Part shown: positions 1-7,788 of the stretch, piece by piece
Layout: every line of letters begins with the position of its first letter
Position numbering within the stretch: position 1 is the first letter of the stretch
Origin: Bacillota bacterium
GTDB taxonomy: Bacteria > Bacillota > Clostridia > Oscillospirales > Oscillospiraceae
Length of the DNA stretch: 64,000 bases
Assembly: GCA_029225225.1 (NCBI GenBank)
Contig: JAQXWB010000065.1
Location: forward strand, 253-64,252
Direction: 5' to 3'
Made by a program: the position numbers and the translations under genes
Notes under the pieces: model-generated
What the model was told of the DNA's origin: nothing
The model's database searches: none
The model's input: only the letters and a program-made list of their open reading frames with translations

Positions 1-286
1 CGCACCGGTCTCGCAATGACAGATGAGGTAGCCTCTCCGTGTCATTGCGAGGAGCGAAGCGACGTGGCAATCTCGTGCAGGAACTACCGAGTGCGTACAA
101 ACCTATAACCGGAGATTGCCACGACCAGTGTGCGCACTGGTCTCGCAATGACAGATAGGGGTAGCCTTTCCATGTCATTGCGAGGAGCGCAGCGACGTGG
201 CAATCTCGTGCAGGAACTACCAAGTGCGTACAAACCTACAACCTGAGATTGCCACGACCAGTGTGCGCACTGGTCTCGCAATGACA
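1..286. repeat. Repeat locus R1: two and a fraction tandem 133-bp A-type units
   Basis: Module key used for all loci. A1 = GTCATTGCGAGGAGCGmAGCGACGTGGCAATCT. A2 = GTCATTGCGAGACCrGTGCGCACACTGGTCGTGGCAATCT. K = TTTGTACGCnnTnGGTAGTTCCTGCAC. B = GTAGGGGCGGCTATCAGCCGCCC. C = GTAGGGCGGGGACATGTCCCCGCC. H = GTGAATA/TATTCAC heptamer arrays. R1 is [A1-Krev-A2rev] starting at 41 and 174, with a partial A2rev at 1-20. Confidence 0.9.
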
Positions 287-341
287 ATTAGAGCGTGCGT
301 TTCATTCAAGATTCACTATCCCCCCACAAAACGGAGAAACT

Positions 342-797
342 ATGATTCGAATTGCAACCATTTCCGACAGAAACCTGTTAAAAACCATGTTTACCGAGTT
401 TTATGCTTCCGACGCTGTGATGCATACGATTCCGCAGGCGTATCACGAAACGGCGTTGGACGAGCTGTTTTCGGCATCCTCCCGTCAAAGAGCGTATGTG
501 CTTGAGGACGGCGAAACACCCGTGGGCTACGCGCTGATTTCCGAAAAATTCTCCCATGAGGCGGGCGGCTTGGAGCTTTGGGTGGAGGAGCTGTACCTCC
601 GCGAAGCCGCGCGCGGGAAGGGCTGCGGCAGCGCGTTTTTCCGTTTCTTGCTCGAAACCGCACAAAAAGAGGGCATCGCCCGCGTGCGTCTTGAGGTCGA
701 GCCGGAAAATACCCGCGCCGCCGCGCTTTACGTAAAGCTGGGCTTCCTGCCCTTACCCTACAACCAAATGGCGTGGACGCCGGAGGGAGCCATATGA
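342..797 (+). CDS. GNAT-family N-acetyltransferase
   Basis: 151-aa track ORF. GNAT-like core (ELYLREAARGKGCGSAFF ... ALYVKLGF). GGAG upstream of the ATG. Its TGA overlaps the next gene's ATG (ATGA at 794-797). Confidence 0.75.
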   Translation: MIRIATISDRNLLKTMFTEFYASDAVMHTIPQAYHETALDELFSASSRQRAYVLEDGETPVGYALISEKFSHEAGGLELWVEELYLREAARGKGCGSAFFRFLLETAQKEGIARVRLEVEPENTRAAALYVKLGFLPLPYNQMAWTPEGAI

Positions 798-1915
798 TCT
801 ATTTGGATAACGCCGCTACGACCCGCCCCTGCGCGGAGGCGGTTGAGGCGATCACAAAAACTTTGACGACCGATTGGGGCAACCCGAGCGCGCAATACCG
901 CTTCGGCATCGACGCGGCGCGGCTGCTGCGGAACGCAAGGCAGTCCGTCGCGGAGGCGCTCGGCGCGGAGACGGATCGCGTGTTTTTTACCTCCGGCGGC
1001 ACGGAGGCGGACAACTGGTCGATTTTTTCCTCTGCCGAACGCCTCGGCAAGCGCGGGAAGCACATCGTCACTACCGCCGTGGAGCATCACGCCGTCCTGC
1101 ACCCGATGCAAAAGTTGGAGGAGCGCGGCTTTGAGGTCACTTATTTGCAGCCGGATGCCCTCGGGCGCGTCAGTGTGGAGAGCCTGCAAGCGGCGCTGCG
1201 TCCGGATACGATCCTTGTGAGCGTCATGATGGTGAATAACGAATCGGGCGCGGTCATGCCCATTGAGGCCATGGCGAAGCTGACGCATCGGCTCTGTCTG
1301 AACGCGCTGTTCCATACCGACGCGGTGCAGGGCTTTTTCAAAGTGCCGTTTCGGGCGCGGACGCTCGGCGCGGATCTGATCTCCGTCTCGGGGCATAAGG
1401 TGCACGCGGGCAAGGGCGTCGGGGCGCTGTATATGGCAAAAAATCTGCCGCCGTTCATCCACGGAGGCGGGCAGGAGGGCGGTCTGCGCAGCGGTACGGA
1501 GAATCTGCCGATGATCGCGGGCTTCGGCGCCGCCTGCAAAGCGCAGCTTCCGACGCGGCTTGCCGCCATTTCGGAGCAGACAAGGCTGAAGAGGCTGCTG
1601 CAAGCGCTGCTTTCCGAGATCGACGGCGTGACCCTCCTCGGCGCGCAGGAGGCGCCGCATATCGTCAATTTGGCGGTGGTTGGGCTGCGTTCACAGGGAT
1701 TGCTCAATGCCTTGCAGGAAAACGGCTTCTGCGTGTCGGCAGGCTCCGCTTGCAGCAAGGGACACCGCAGCCACGTCTTAGAGGCTATGGGTGTCGCGCC
1801 GCAGCTGATCGACGGCTCGATCCGTGTCTCCCTGTCAAGCGAAACAACCGAAGAGGAGGTGCGCGCCTTCGCGGCAGCCCTTCCGCAGATCATCCACTCC
1901 CTTGGAAGACGGTGA
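794..1915 (+). CDS. cysteine desulfurase, NifS/IscS-like class V PLP enzyme
   Basis: N-terminus MIYLDNAATTRP, PLP-lysine motif SVSGHKVHAGKG, catalytic Cys loop SAGSACS. Start moved from the track's 773 to ATG 794. Confidence 0.85.
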   Translation: MIYLDNAATTRPCAEAVEAITKTLTTDWGNPSAQYRFGIDAARLLRNARQSVAEALGAETDRVFFTSGGTEADNWSIFSSAERLGKRGKHIVTTAVEHHAVLHPMQKLEERGFEVTYLQPDALGRVSVESLQAALRPDTILVSVMMVNNESGAVMPIEAMAKLTHRLCLNALFHTDAVQGFFKVPFRARTLGADLISVSGHKVHAGKGVGALYMAKNLPPFIHGGGQEGGLRSGTENLPMIAGFGAACKAQLPTRLAAISEQTRLKRLLQALLSEIDGVTLLGAQEAPHIVNLAVVGLRSQGLLNALQENGFCVSAGSACSKGHRSHVLEAMGVAPQLIDGSIRVSLSSETTEEEVRAFAAALPQIIHSLGRR

Positions 1916-1923
1916 AAAAATGA

Positions 1924-2118
1924 CTGTAGGGGGGACATGTCCCCGCAGGTGTAGGAACCACCGAGTGCGTACAGATTTGTTTCTACGTACCGGCGGGAGC
2001 CGCGCTGTAGGGGCGGCTATCAGCCGCCCGCTTGCAGGAACTACCGACTGCGTACAAACCTGTTCGCCTGTTTCTTCTGCCGCTTCGCGGACGGCGGGAA
2101 CATGTCCCCGCCCTGCAG
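1924..2118. repeat. Repeat locus R2 (C - Krev - B - Krev - Crev)
   Basis: CTGTAGGGGGGACATGTCCCCGC ... CTGTAGGGGCGGCTATCAGCCGCCC ... GGCGGGAACATGTCCCCGCCCTGCAG. Lies between convergent genes. Confidence 0.85.
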
Positions 2119-2148
2119 AGTGTCAGGGGAGTGGGTTCCTTGACAAAA

Positions 2149-2182
2149 ACGCACCCTGCCTCCGGTGGAAGCAGGGTGTGCT
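2149..2182 (-). terminator. intrinsic terminator for the zinc-ribbon gene
   Basis: On the minus strand: GCACACCCTGC-loop-GCAGGGTGCG followed by TTTTTG. Confidence 0.6.
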
Positions 2183-2198
2183 TGCAAATTGGCTTATT

Positions 2199-2861
2199 TT
2201 ATTTATTGAACAGTTGCTTGCGCTTGTTGAAGTATACGACGTTAATCACGATCATTACGATCGAAACGATGATGCTTACGATGGTGGGAACGATCTCCAG
2301 ATCGGTCATTGAGATTCCGGTGCCGGAAATGACCAAAGCAACGCCGAGCAGGTAGACGATATTACTCAGCGCGGCGAGACCGTAGGTCAGGTAGAGACAC
2401 AGGGGGCCGTTCTTATAGTAGCCCGACAGACGGAAACGCGTGTAAATGGAGAAGGCAACCAAGACGAGCAGGAGCAGCCCGACGATAATGTCTACCGTCT
2501 TCCAGCCCGGGAAGATGGCATAAAGCCACTGTGCCTCTGCGGACGAGCCGTTGACCAAACCCGTGAGAAAGCGGATTGCATTGACGGCGTTGACCACCGC
2601 GCCGGCAAACAGGGCAAAGTAGATCAGGAATTTGTACCAGTTCATCTGTGGCGCAGCAGCCTGCATCGGCTGATAGGGCTGCTGATATTGCGGCTGCGGG
2701 TATGGCGGCTGTTGGTACTGCGGTTGCGGATACTGCGGTGGTTGATACTGCTGCTGCGGTGCGGTGTCCATTGCCGGTTTTGCTACCTGCAAGGGCGTGC
2801 CGCAGTTCGGGCAAAAACGTCCGGCAGAGGAGACATCAGTGCCGCAATTCGGACAAAGCAT
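2199..2861 (-). CDS. zinc-ribbon membrane protein with Q/P/Y-rich linker
   Basis: MLCPNCG...FCPNCG double CxxC, a PQYQQP-type low-complexity linker, then several hydrophobic helices. GAGAGGGA precedes ATG 2861. The upstream part of the 387-aa track ORF runs through the rpmH promoter and gene and is rejected. Confidence 0.7.
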   Translation of the reverse strand: MLCPNCGTDVSSAGRFCPNCGTPLQVAKPAMDTAPQQQYQPPQYPQPQYQQPPYPQPQYQQPYQPMQAAAPQMNWYKFLIYFALFAGAVVNAVNAIRFLTGLVNGSSAEAQWLYAIFPGWKTVDIIVGLLLLVLVAFSIYTRFRLSGYYKNGPLCLYLTYGLAALSNIVYLLGVALVISGTGISMTDLEIVPTIVSIIVSIVMIVINVVYFNKRKQLFNK

Positions 2862-3025
2862 AGGGTTTCCCTCTCTTTCTGTAGGTGATAATTTCATCAT
2901 AGCAAATGTGAATTGGTTTTGCAAGGCGAAAAAATAACAAAGGATGATTTCTGCGCTATATTTTGTGGGTAAGCCAAAGCTTGGGCACAAGTTTGCGATT
3001 TTGTTTAAAATAATGAAAATTTCGG

Positions 3026-3055
3026 TTGACTTTCCCCGCATCCTTGCGTTATAAT
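3026..3055 (+). promoter_or_regulatory. sigma-A-type promoter for rpmH-rnpA
   Basis: TTGACT (3026-3031), 18-nt spacer, TATAAT (3050-3055). Lies in an AT-rich gap about 85 nt upstream of rpmH. Confidence 0.6.
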
Positions 3056-3140
3056 ACCATTTGCGCAAATATGTGCAATAATTTGGTTTGCTACTGCCGT
3101 TTCGGCTGTTGAGCATATTTTTACAGGAGGTGTACACGAG

Positions 3141-3275
3141 ATGCTGCGTACCTATCAGCCCAGAAAGCGCCATCGCGCTAAGGTTCATGGTTTCCGCAAG
3201 AGAATGGCTACCGCCAACGGCCGCAAGGTCCTTGCCCGCCGTCGTGCTAAAGGCAGAGCTGTCCTGTCCGCCTAA
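3141..3275 (+). CDS. rpmH: 50S ribosomal protein L34
   Basis: 44-aa ORF below the track cutoff, read by hand: [50 protein letters not shown] lies about 10 nt upstream. Confidence 0.95.
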   Translation: MLRTYQPRKRHRAKVHGFRKRMATANGRKVLARRRAKGRAVLSA

Positions 3276-3360
3276 GGAACCGTGACCGCACCATACTGTT
3301 TGAATGTCATCAGGGGCGAACGGAGCGATCTGTTCGCCTTCTTTGTATTGGAGGAAACGC

Positions 3361-3699
3361 ATGGTCGTTTCGCTGAAAGAGAACGCCGCCTTCCGCCGCC
3401 TGTATTACCGCGGCGCAAACGCGGGCAACCGCTATCTTGTCATCTATTGCCGCCGCAACGGTCTGAAGGTCAGCCGTATGGGCCTGACGGTCAGCACCAA
3501 GCTCGGGCACGCGGTCGTGCGCAATCGGGTCAGACGCCGTCTGCGCGAAATTGTCCGCCTGCATGAGGACAAGCTCCTGTCGGGCTATGATTTCGTGATC
3601 GTTGCGCGTTCCGCAGCAGTCGAGGCGGAGTTTTCCGCGCTGACCAAGGCGTTCCTGTCGCTGACCGACAAGCTCGGTATGCAGAAGAAGCTACCCTGA
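3361..3699 (+). CDS. rnpA: ribonuclease P protein component
   Basis: Basic RnpA motif GLTVSTKLGHAVVRNRVRRRLRE. Directly downstream of rpmH. Start set to ATG 3361 after GGAGGAA (track ORF begins 3304). Confidence 0.85.
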   Translation: MVVSLKENAAFRRLYYRGANAGNRYLVIYCRRNGLKVSRMGLTVSTKLGHAVVRNRVRRRLREIVRLHEDKLLSGYDFVIVARSAAVEAEFSALTKAFLSLTDKLGMQKKLP

Positions 3700-3988
3700 T
3701 TGCCGGTGCGCACACTACCCGCAATACCCGCAAAGGGCGCGCCACAGCCGTAGGGCTTCTTTGTCGCCGACGGCTGTGCAGGGGGGTATGCCGCATCCGT
3801 AGCGCTCGTTTCTCGCGAACGACAGCGCAGTGGCTGGAGCAAACCCAAAATATAGGTTTGTATGCACCTGTCTGTGCCTGCACGAGATTGCCACGTCGCT
3901 GCGCTCCTCGCAATGACAAGGAAGAAAGTACCTGTGAGTCAATTTAGCTGTGCGCTATTCACCATTCACGAAACAGTCATTCACCCTT
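3698..3988. repeat. Repeat locus R3 (A2-derived + D module, A1rev, H)
   Basis: GATTGCCGGTGCGCACACTACCCGCAA...CGCTCGTTTCTCGCGAACG is shared with 35210-35300. Followed by AGATTGCCACGTCGCTGCGCTCCTCGCAATGACA and then CTATTCACCATTCAC. The locus starts within the rnpA stop codon. Confidence 0.85.
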
Positions 3989-4013
3989 AGCCTTAAAAAG
4001 AGGTGTGCGTTTT

Positions 4014-4226
4014 ATGAAAAAAATCCTGCTTGCGCTCATCCGCTTTTACCGCAAATTTATCTCCCCCGCATTTCCCGGGAAATGCCGCTTTATTCCGACC
4101 TGTTCGGAATACGGTTTGGAGGCCATTGAGAAATACGGCGCGGCAAAGGGCGGCTGGCTGACGTTCAAACGGTTATTACGGTGCAACCCCTTCAATCACG
4201 GCGATTTTTACGACCCCGTGCCGTGA
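4014..4226 (+). CDS. yidD: membrane protein insertion efficiency factor YidD
   Basis: FYRKFISP...[19 protein letters not shown] hallmark. ATG 4014 is preceded by AGAGGTG (track start 4005 is a GTG). Confidence 0.85.
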   Translation: MKKILLALIRFYRKFISPAFPGKCRFIPTCSEYGLEAIEKYGAAKGGWLTFKRLLRCNPFNHGDFYDPVP

Positions 4227-4280
4227 CCGTCCACCCGCCGCGTTCTGCGGCAGCTACCCCAACCCTTTTGGAGAGTAACG

Positions 4281-5450
4281 ATGTTCAATATTCCCTTTAT
4301 CCAGATCCCCTTCGGTTATGTGCTGGAGTTCTTCTACAACTTCTTCAGCAACTACGGCATCGCTCTGATTCTCTTCTCACTGGCGGTCAAGCTGATTCTT
4401 CTGCCGATGAGCGCCAAGAGCAAAAAGAGCATGATGAAAACCACCCGCCTCCAGCCGATGGTCAAGCAGATCGAGCTTGCCTGCGGCGACGATAAGGCAA
4501 AATACCAGCAGGAGGTGCAGAAGCTCTATAAAGAGGAAGGCGCCAGCATGACCGGCGGCTGCATCTGGGCGTTCATCCCCCTGCTCATTCTCATTCCGCT
4601 GTATAATGTCATTCGCGAGCCGCTGGAATACCTGCTTCACCTGAGCAGTGAGCAGATTGCTGCCGTCAAGGAGGCGCTTGCGGCAATCGAGGGCGTATCT
4701 GCGGACAAGCTCGATGTCTACTGGCAGTACCGCGCCGCGAGCAACGCGGCCGTGCTTCCCGCAGGTGTCGAAGTGCTGAATTTCTTCTTCTGCGGCATTG
4801 ACCTCGGCTTGAAGCCGAGCTGGAAGGTTTGGAAGATGCGCTCATGGGCAGAGATCGGCGGCTTTATCATCCCGCTTGCTTCCGGCGGTCTGAACTACCT
4901 GTCCATGTTCATCAGTCAGAAGATGAACGCCACCGTCGTCCGCGACGAGAACGGCGAGAAGGATGAGGCTGCGGCAAAGGCGGCTTCCACCGGCAAGGTG
5001 ATGAATCTGCTCATGCCGCTGATGTCCGTGTGGTTCGGCTTTATCATGCCGCTCGGTATCTCCATTTACTGGATCGCGCAGAGTATTTTCGGCATCGTGC
5101 AGGACTATTTCCTGACGAAGCATTACCGCAAGGTCTATGACGCCGAGGACGCCATAAAGCGCGAAAAAGCCGCCCAGCGCGCCGCCGAGGAGGCGGAAAA
5201 GGAGCGCATCCGCGCCGCCAAACGCGCTGCGAATCCCGACGGCATCACCGAAAACACCAGCAAAAAGAAGCAGCAGCTCCGCGACAAACAGACCCGTGAG
5301 GCTGCCGCAAAGGATTATGAGGCGAAAAAGCGCGCCGCGCAGGGTCTTGCGCCCGAGGAGTCGGCGGAGCTTTTGGGCGGTGAAAAGGATCGCCCCTATG
5401 CGCGCGGCAGGGCTTACCAGCCTGACCGCTATCGCTCTGACGAAGAATAA
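4281..5450 (+). CDS. yidC: YidC/Oxa1-family membrane insertase with long basic C-terminal tail
   Basis: Multi-TM core. Conserved position after rnpA/yidD. About 110-aa K/R/E-rich tail. GGAGAG RBS. Confidence 0.9.
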   Translation: MFNIPFIQIPFGYVLEFFYNFFSNYGIALILFSLAVKLILLPMSAKSKKSMMKTTRLQPMVKQIELACGDDKAKYQQEVQKLYKEEGASMTGGCIWAFIPLLILIPLYNVIREPLEYLLHLSSEQIAAVKEALAAIEGVSADKLDVYWQYRAASNAAVLPAGVEVLNFFFCGIDLGLKPSWKVWKMRSWAEIGGFIIPLASGGLNYLSMFISQKMNATVVRDENGEKDEAAAKAASTGKVMNLLMPLMSVWFGFIMPLGISIYWIAQSIFGIVQDYFLTKHYRKVYDAEDAIKREKAAQRAAEEAEKERIRAAKRAANPDGITENTSKKKQQLRDKQTREAAAKDYEAKKRAAQGLAPEESAELLGGEKDRPYARGRAYQPDRYRSDEE

Positions 5451-5459
5451 GGAGTTATC

Positions 5460-6413
5460 ATGGAAAAATATATAGTCACGACAGGCAAGACGATTGAGCT
5501 TGCCATCGAGGCGGCGCTGGCGCAGCTGAAACTGGACAGAGACAGCGTTTCCGTCGAGGTACTCAAGAACGCGCGTTCCGGCTTCCTCGGCATCGGCTCG
5601 TCTCCCGCAGAGGTCAAGGTGACCTACGAGGTGCCCGACGAGGACACCGCGCCCAAGACGGCGCTCTCCTCCGCCTCGCGTTCGAAGCCGAAGGAGCGCC
5701 CCGAGATTCCCGTTACCACCGGCGTGATCTCCCGCCCCGGAAAGAAGCCTGAGCCGGAGCAGAGACCCGCGAAGAAGCAGCCCGAGCGCAAGCCCGAGAG
5801 GAAAGCAGAGCAGCGTCCGGAAAAGAAAGTCGAGCCGCGGCCCGAAAAGAAGCCCGAGCGTAAGCAGGAGAAGAAAGCCGAGCGCAAGCCGGAGGCGCAG
5901 CCGAAGCCCGTGGAGGAGCCGAAGCCTGCCCGTACCTATGCTCCCGCAGAGCCGGGCAGCGTAGAGGAGAAGATCGAAAGCTTCCTCAAGGGGCTGCTTG
6001 AGCATATGGGCTCCGACGCCGTGCCGCACGCCTACAAGCTCGATGAAGAAAGCTATCGCGCCGATCTGGTCGGCGGCGACGCAGGTCTTCTGATCGGCAG
6101 ACGCGGCGACACCCTCGACGCCATCCAATATCTGACCGGCTACGCCATCAACCGCGACCGTGAAAAGCGCCTGCGCATCAGTGTAGATGCCGGCGACTAC
6201 CGCCTCAAGCGCGAGGATTCCCTGCGCCAGCTTGCCAATAAGATGGCAGCCAAAGCGGTCAAATACCGCCGCAACTTCACGCTCGAGCCGATGAACGCTT
6301 ACGAGCGGCACATCATCCACGCAGCCCTGCAGGATTACCCCGAGGTTACGACCTTCTCCACCGGCACGGAGCCGCACCGCCGCATCGTCGTTGCCTACGC
6401 AAAAGAGAAATAA
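5460..6413 (+). CDS. jag: RNA-binding protein Jag/KhpB (Jag_N-KH-R3H)
   Basis: Jag_N start MEKYIVTTGKTIELAIEAAL, a PEKK-rich linker, and a C-terminal KH/R3H region (YERHIIHAAL). Follows yidC, as is typical. Confidence 0.85.
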   Translation: MEKYIVTTGKTIELAIEAALAQLKLDRDSVSVEVLKNARSGFLGIGSSPAEVKVTYEVPDEDTAPKTALSSASRSKPKERPEIPVTTGVISRPGKKPEPEQRPAKKQPERKPERKAEQRPEKKVEPRPEKKPERKQEKKAERKPEAQPKPVEEPKPARTYAPAEPGSVEEKIESFLKGLLEHMGSDAVPHAYKLDEESYRADLVGGDAGLLIGRRGDTLDAIQYLTGYAINRDREKRLRISVDAGDYRLKREDSLRQLANKMAAKAVKYRRNFTLEPMNAYERHIIHAALQDYPEVTTFSTGTEPHRRIVVAYAKEK

Positions 6414-6423
6414 ACCTTCCCCC

Positions 6424-6456
6424 AACCGCTGAGAGCTTTCCCTCTCAGCGGTTTTT
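6424..6456 (+). terminator. intrinsic terminator after jag
   Basis: AACCGCTGAGAG-cttTcc-CTCTCAGCGGTT followed by TTT. Confidence 0.7.
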
Positions 6457-6482
6457 GTCAGCGTTTTTTCGGAAGGGGCTAC

Positions 6483-6511
6483 TTGCAAAACCGACCTTGA
6501 TGCGCTATAGT
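6483..6511 (+). promoter_or_regulatory. sigma-A-type promoter for the M20 hydrolase gene
   Basis: TTGCAA, 17 nt, TATAGT. Confidence 0.5.
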
Positions 6512-6557
6512 ATTATGTACGCGAAACAAGCCGTTTGCCCGAAAAGGAGAACTGATT

Positions 6558-7622
6558 ATGCTGCAACAAACGCTTTCCGCGCATCGGCGGGCGCTGCACC
6601 GCATTGCGGAGACGGACCGCGAGCTTCCGCGCACCGCCGCTTACCTGAAAAACACTTTACAGCAGTTGCCTTGCACGGTCTTTTCTCCGGTCGGAGACGC
6701 CGTTTGCGCTTATTTTGACTTCGGCAAGCCCGAGACCGTCGCCCTGCGCAGCGATATGGACGCCCTGCCGATCTGTGAGCAGACGGGACTGCCCTTTGCC
6801 TCGGAAAACGCCGAGACGATGCACGCCTGCGGGCATGACGGGCATATGGCAATCCTGCTGACGCTGGCGGGGCTGCTCCCGTCCCTGCCGACCGCGCGGA
6901 ATGTTTTACTCGTTTTCGAGCCTGCCGAGGAGACGACGGGTGGGGCAAAGCCCATCTGCGAGACGGGGCTGTTTGAAAGATACCATGTCACACGTGTGTT
7001 CGGGCTGCATCTGTGGCCGGAGCTGCCGAAAAATATCGTCGCCTCCCGTGCGGGCGGGATGATGGCGCGTTCCTGTGAGCTGACGGTTACGGTCGAGGGC
7101 AGGAGCGTGCATCTTGCCAAGTGGAGAGAGGGAGCGGATGCGCTTGCCGCCGCTGTGGAATTTATTACGCGTGCCTATGGTCTTGCGGAGAATCTGCCCT
7201 GCCTGCTCCGCTTTGGGCGCATGGAGAGCGGCGAGGCGCGCAACAGTGTGAGTAAGCGCTCCGTTTTGCAAGGTTCTCTGCGCTGCTTTGACGATATACT
7301 GTTTTTGAAGCTTTGGAACGGATTGCAAGCGCTTGCGGACGAGCTTTCCGAGAAAAGCGGCTGCAAATTCGTCCTCTCGCGCTCTGAAGGCTACCCGCCC
7401 GTGACGAACGACGCGGCGCTGCTTACGGAGGTGCGGGAACGCTTTCCCGTGGAGGAGACTGCGCCGACCTTCATCACGGAGGATTTTTCCGAATATCAAA
7501 AGCACGCGCCCGGGGTGTTCTTCCTCCTCGGCACCGGCGGCGAACCGCTGCACTCCCCGCGCTTCGATTTCGACGAAGCCGTCCTGCAAACAGGCGTCTC
7601 ATTGTTCACCGCCCTCCTATAG
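6558..7622 (+). CDS. M20-family amidohydrolase (peptidase M20D-like)
   Basis: Metal-site motif MHACGHDGH and overall M20D-like layout. AAGGAGA RBS. The last codons and stop lie inside repeat locus R4. Confidence 0.8.
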   Translation: MLQQTLSAHRRALHRIAETDRELPRTAAYLKNTLQQLPCTVFSPVGDAVCAYFDFGKPETVALRSDMDALPICEQTGLPFASENAETMHACGHDGHMAILLTLAGLLPSLPTARNVLLVFEPAEETTGGAKPICETGLFERYHVTRVFGLHLWPELPKNIVASRAGGMMARSCELTVTVEGRSVHLAKWREGADALAAAVEFITRAYGLAENLPCLLRFGRMESGEARNSVSKRSVLQGSLRCFDDILFLKLWNGLQALADELSEKSGCKFVLSRSEGYPPVTNDAALLTEVRERFPVEETAPTFITEDFSEYQKHAPGVFFLLGTGGEPLHSPRFDFDEAVLQTGVSLFTALL

Positions 7623-7768
7623 CCGCCCCTACGAGAACAGGTGGGAGTCGCGCTGTAGGGGCGGCTATCAGCCGCCAGCCGGTACGTAAAAACAAGCTTG
7701 TACACAGTCGGTAGTTCCTGCACGCGGCTTATGACTGTCCCTGCCCTACAATAGTCATTCACCCATAG
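7609..7768. repeat. Repeat locus R4 (Brev - B - K - degenerate Crev - H fragment)
   Basis: ...CTATAGCCGCCCCTACGAGAACAG...CTGTAGGGGCGGCTATCAGCCGCC...CGGTAGTTCCTGCACG... It covers the last codons and stop of the M20 gene. Confidence 0.85.
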
Positions 7769-7788
7769 TCTTTCAAAGAGGTATTATT

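Noticed and set aside
1-286. Possibility that the regularly spaced repeats (R1, R9, R17, R18) are CRISPR arrays.
   Set aside because: The period is 124-133 bp, and the whole unit is repeated, including the 'spacer' parts. There are no unique spacers, no 28-37-nt uniform direct repeat, and no cas genes.
84-505. Short ORFs with recurring peptides such as CHCEERSDVAISCRNYQVRTNLQPEIATTSVRTGLAMT, SLRGAQRRGNLVQELPTAYK and VGAAISRPLAGTTDCVQTCS. Examples: 84..287-, 197..505+, 3715..3942-, 14235..14582+, 30887..31195+, 50030..50221-, 54549..55049-, 57428..57781-, 60761..61016.
   Set aside because: They are translations of the repeat modules in various frames and orientations. The same DNA occurs in both orientations in non-coding contexts, with no start or SD signals.
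758-1660. Long ORFs antisense to confidently assigned genes: 758..1660-, 1141..1938-, 4842..6488-, 7942..8706-, 9366..10088-, 15829..17460+, 22525..23091-, 28336..29175-, 29872..30687-, 31254..31997-, 31951..32769-, 34401..35126-, 36561..37235-, 37022..37825-, 40466..42514-, 47920..50052+, 50758..52917+, 53834..54646-, 57983..58792+, 58287..59111+.
   Set aside because: These are typical shadow ORFs of a high-GC genome. They overlap genes with clear family motifs. Their translations are R/A/G/L-rich low-complexity sequence without recognisable domains or SD-plus-start contexts.
2862-3140. AT-rich gap upstream of rpmH as oriC.
   Set aside because: Only one near-consensus DnaA box (TGTGGGTAA) was found. 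There is no dnaA nearby and no AT-rich DUE-like tandem 13-mers. The gap is explained by divergent promoters.
2862-3362. N-terminal 167 residues of the 387-aa track ORF 2199..3362-.
   Set aside because: This part runs antisense through the rpmH gene and its promoter. The zinc-ribbon protein has its own SD and ATG at 2861.
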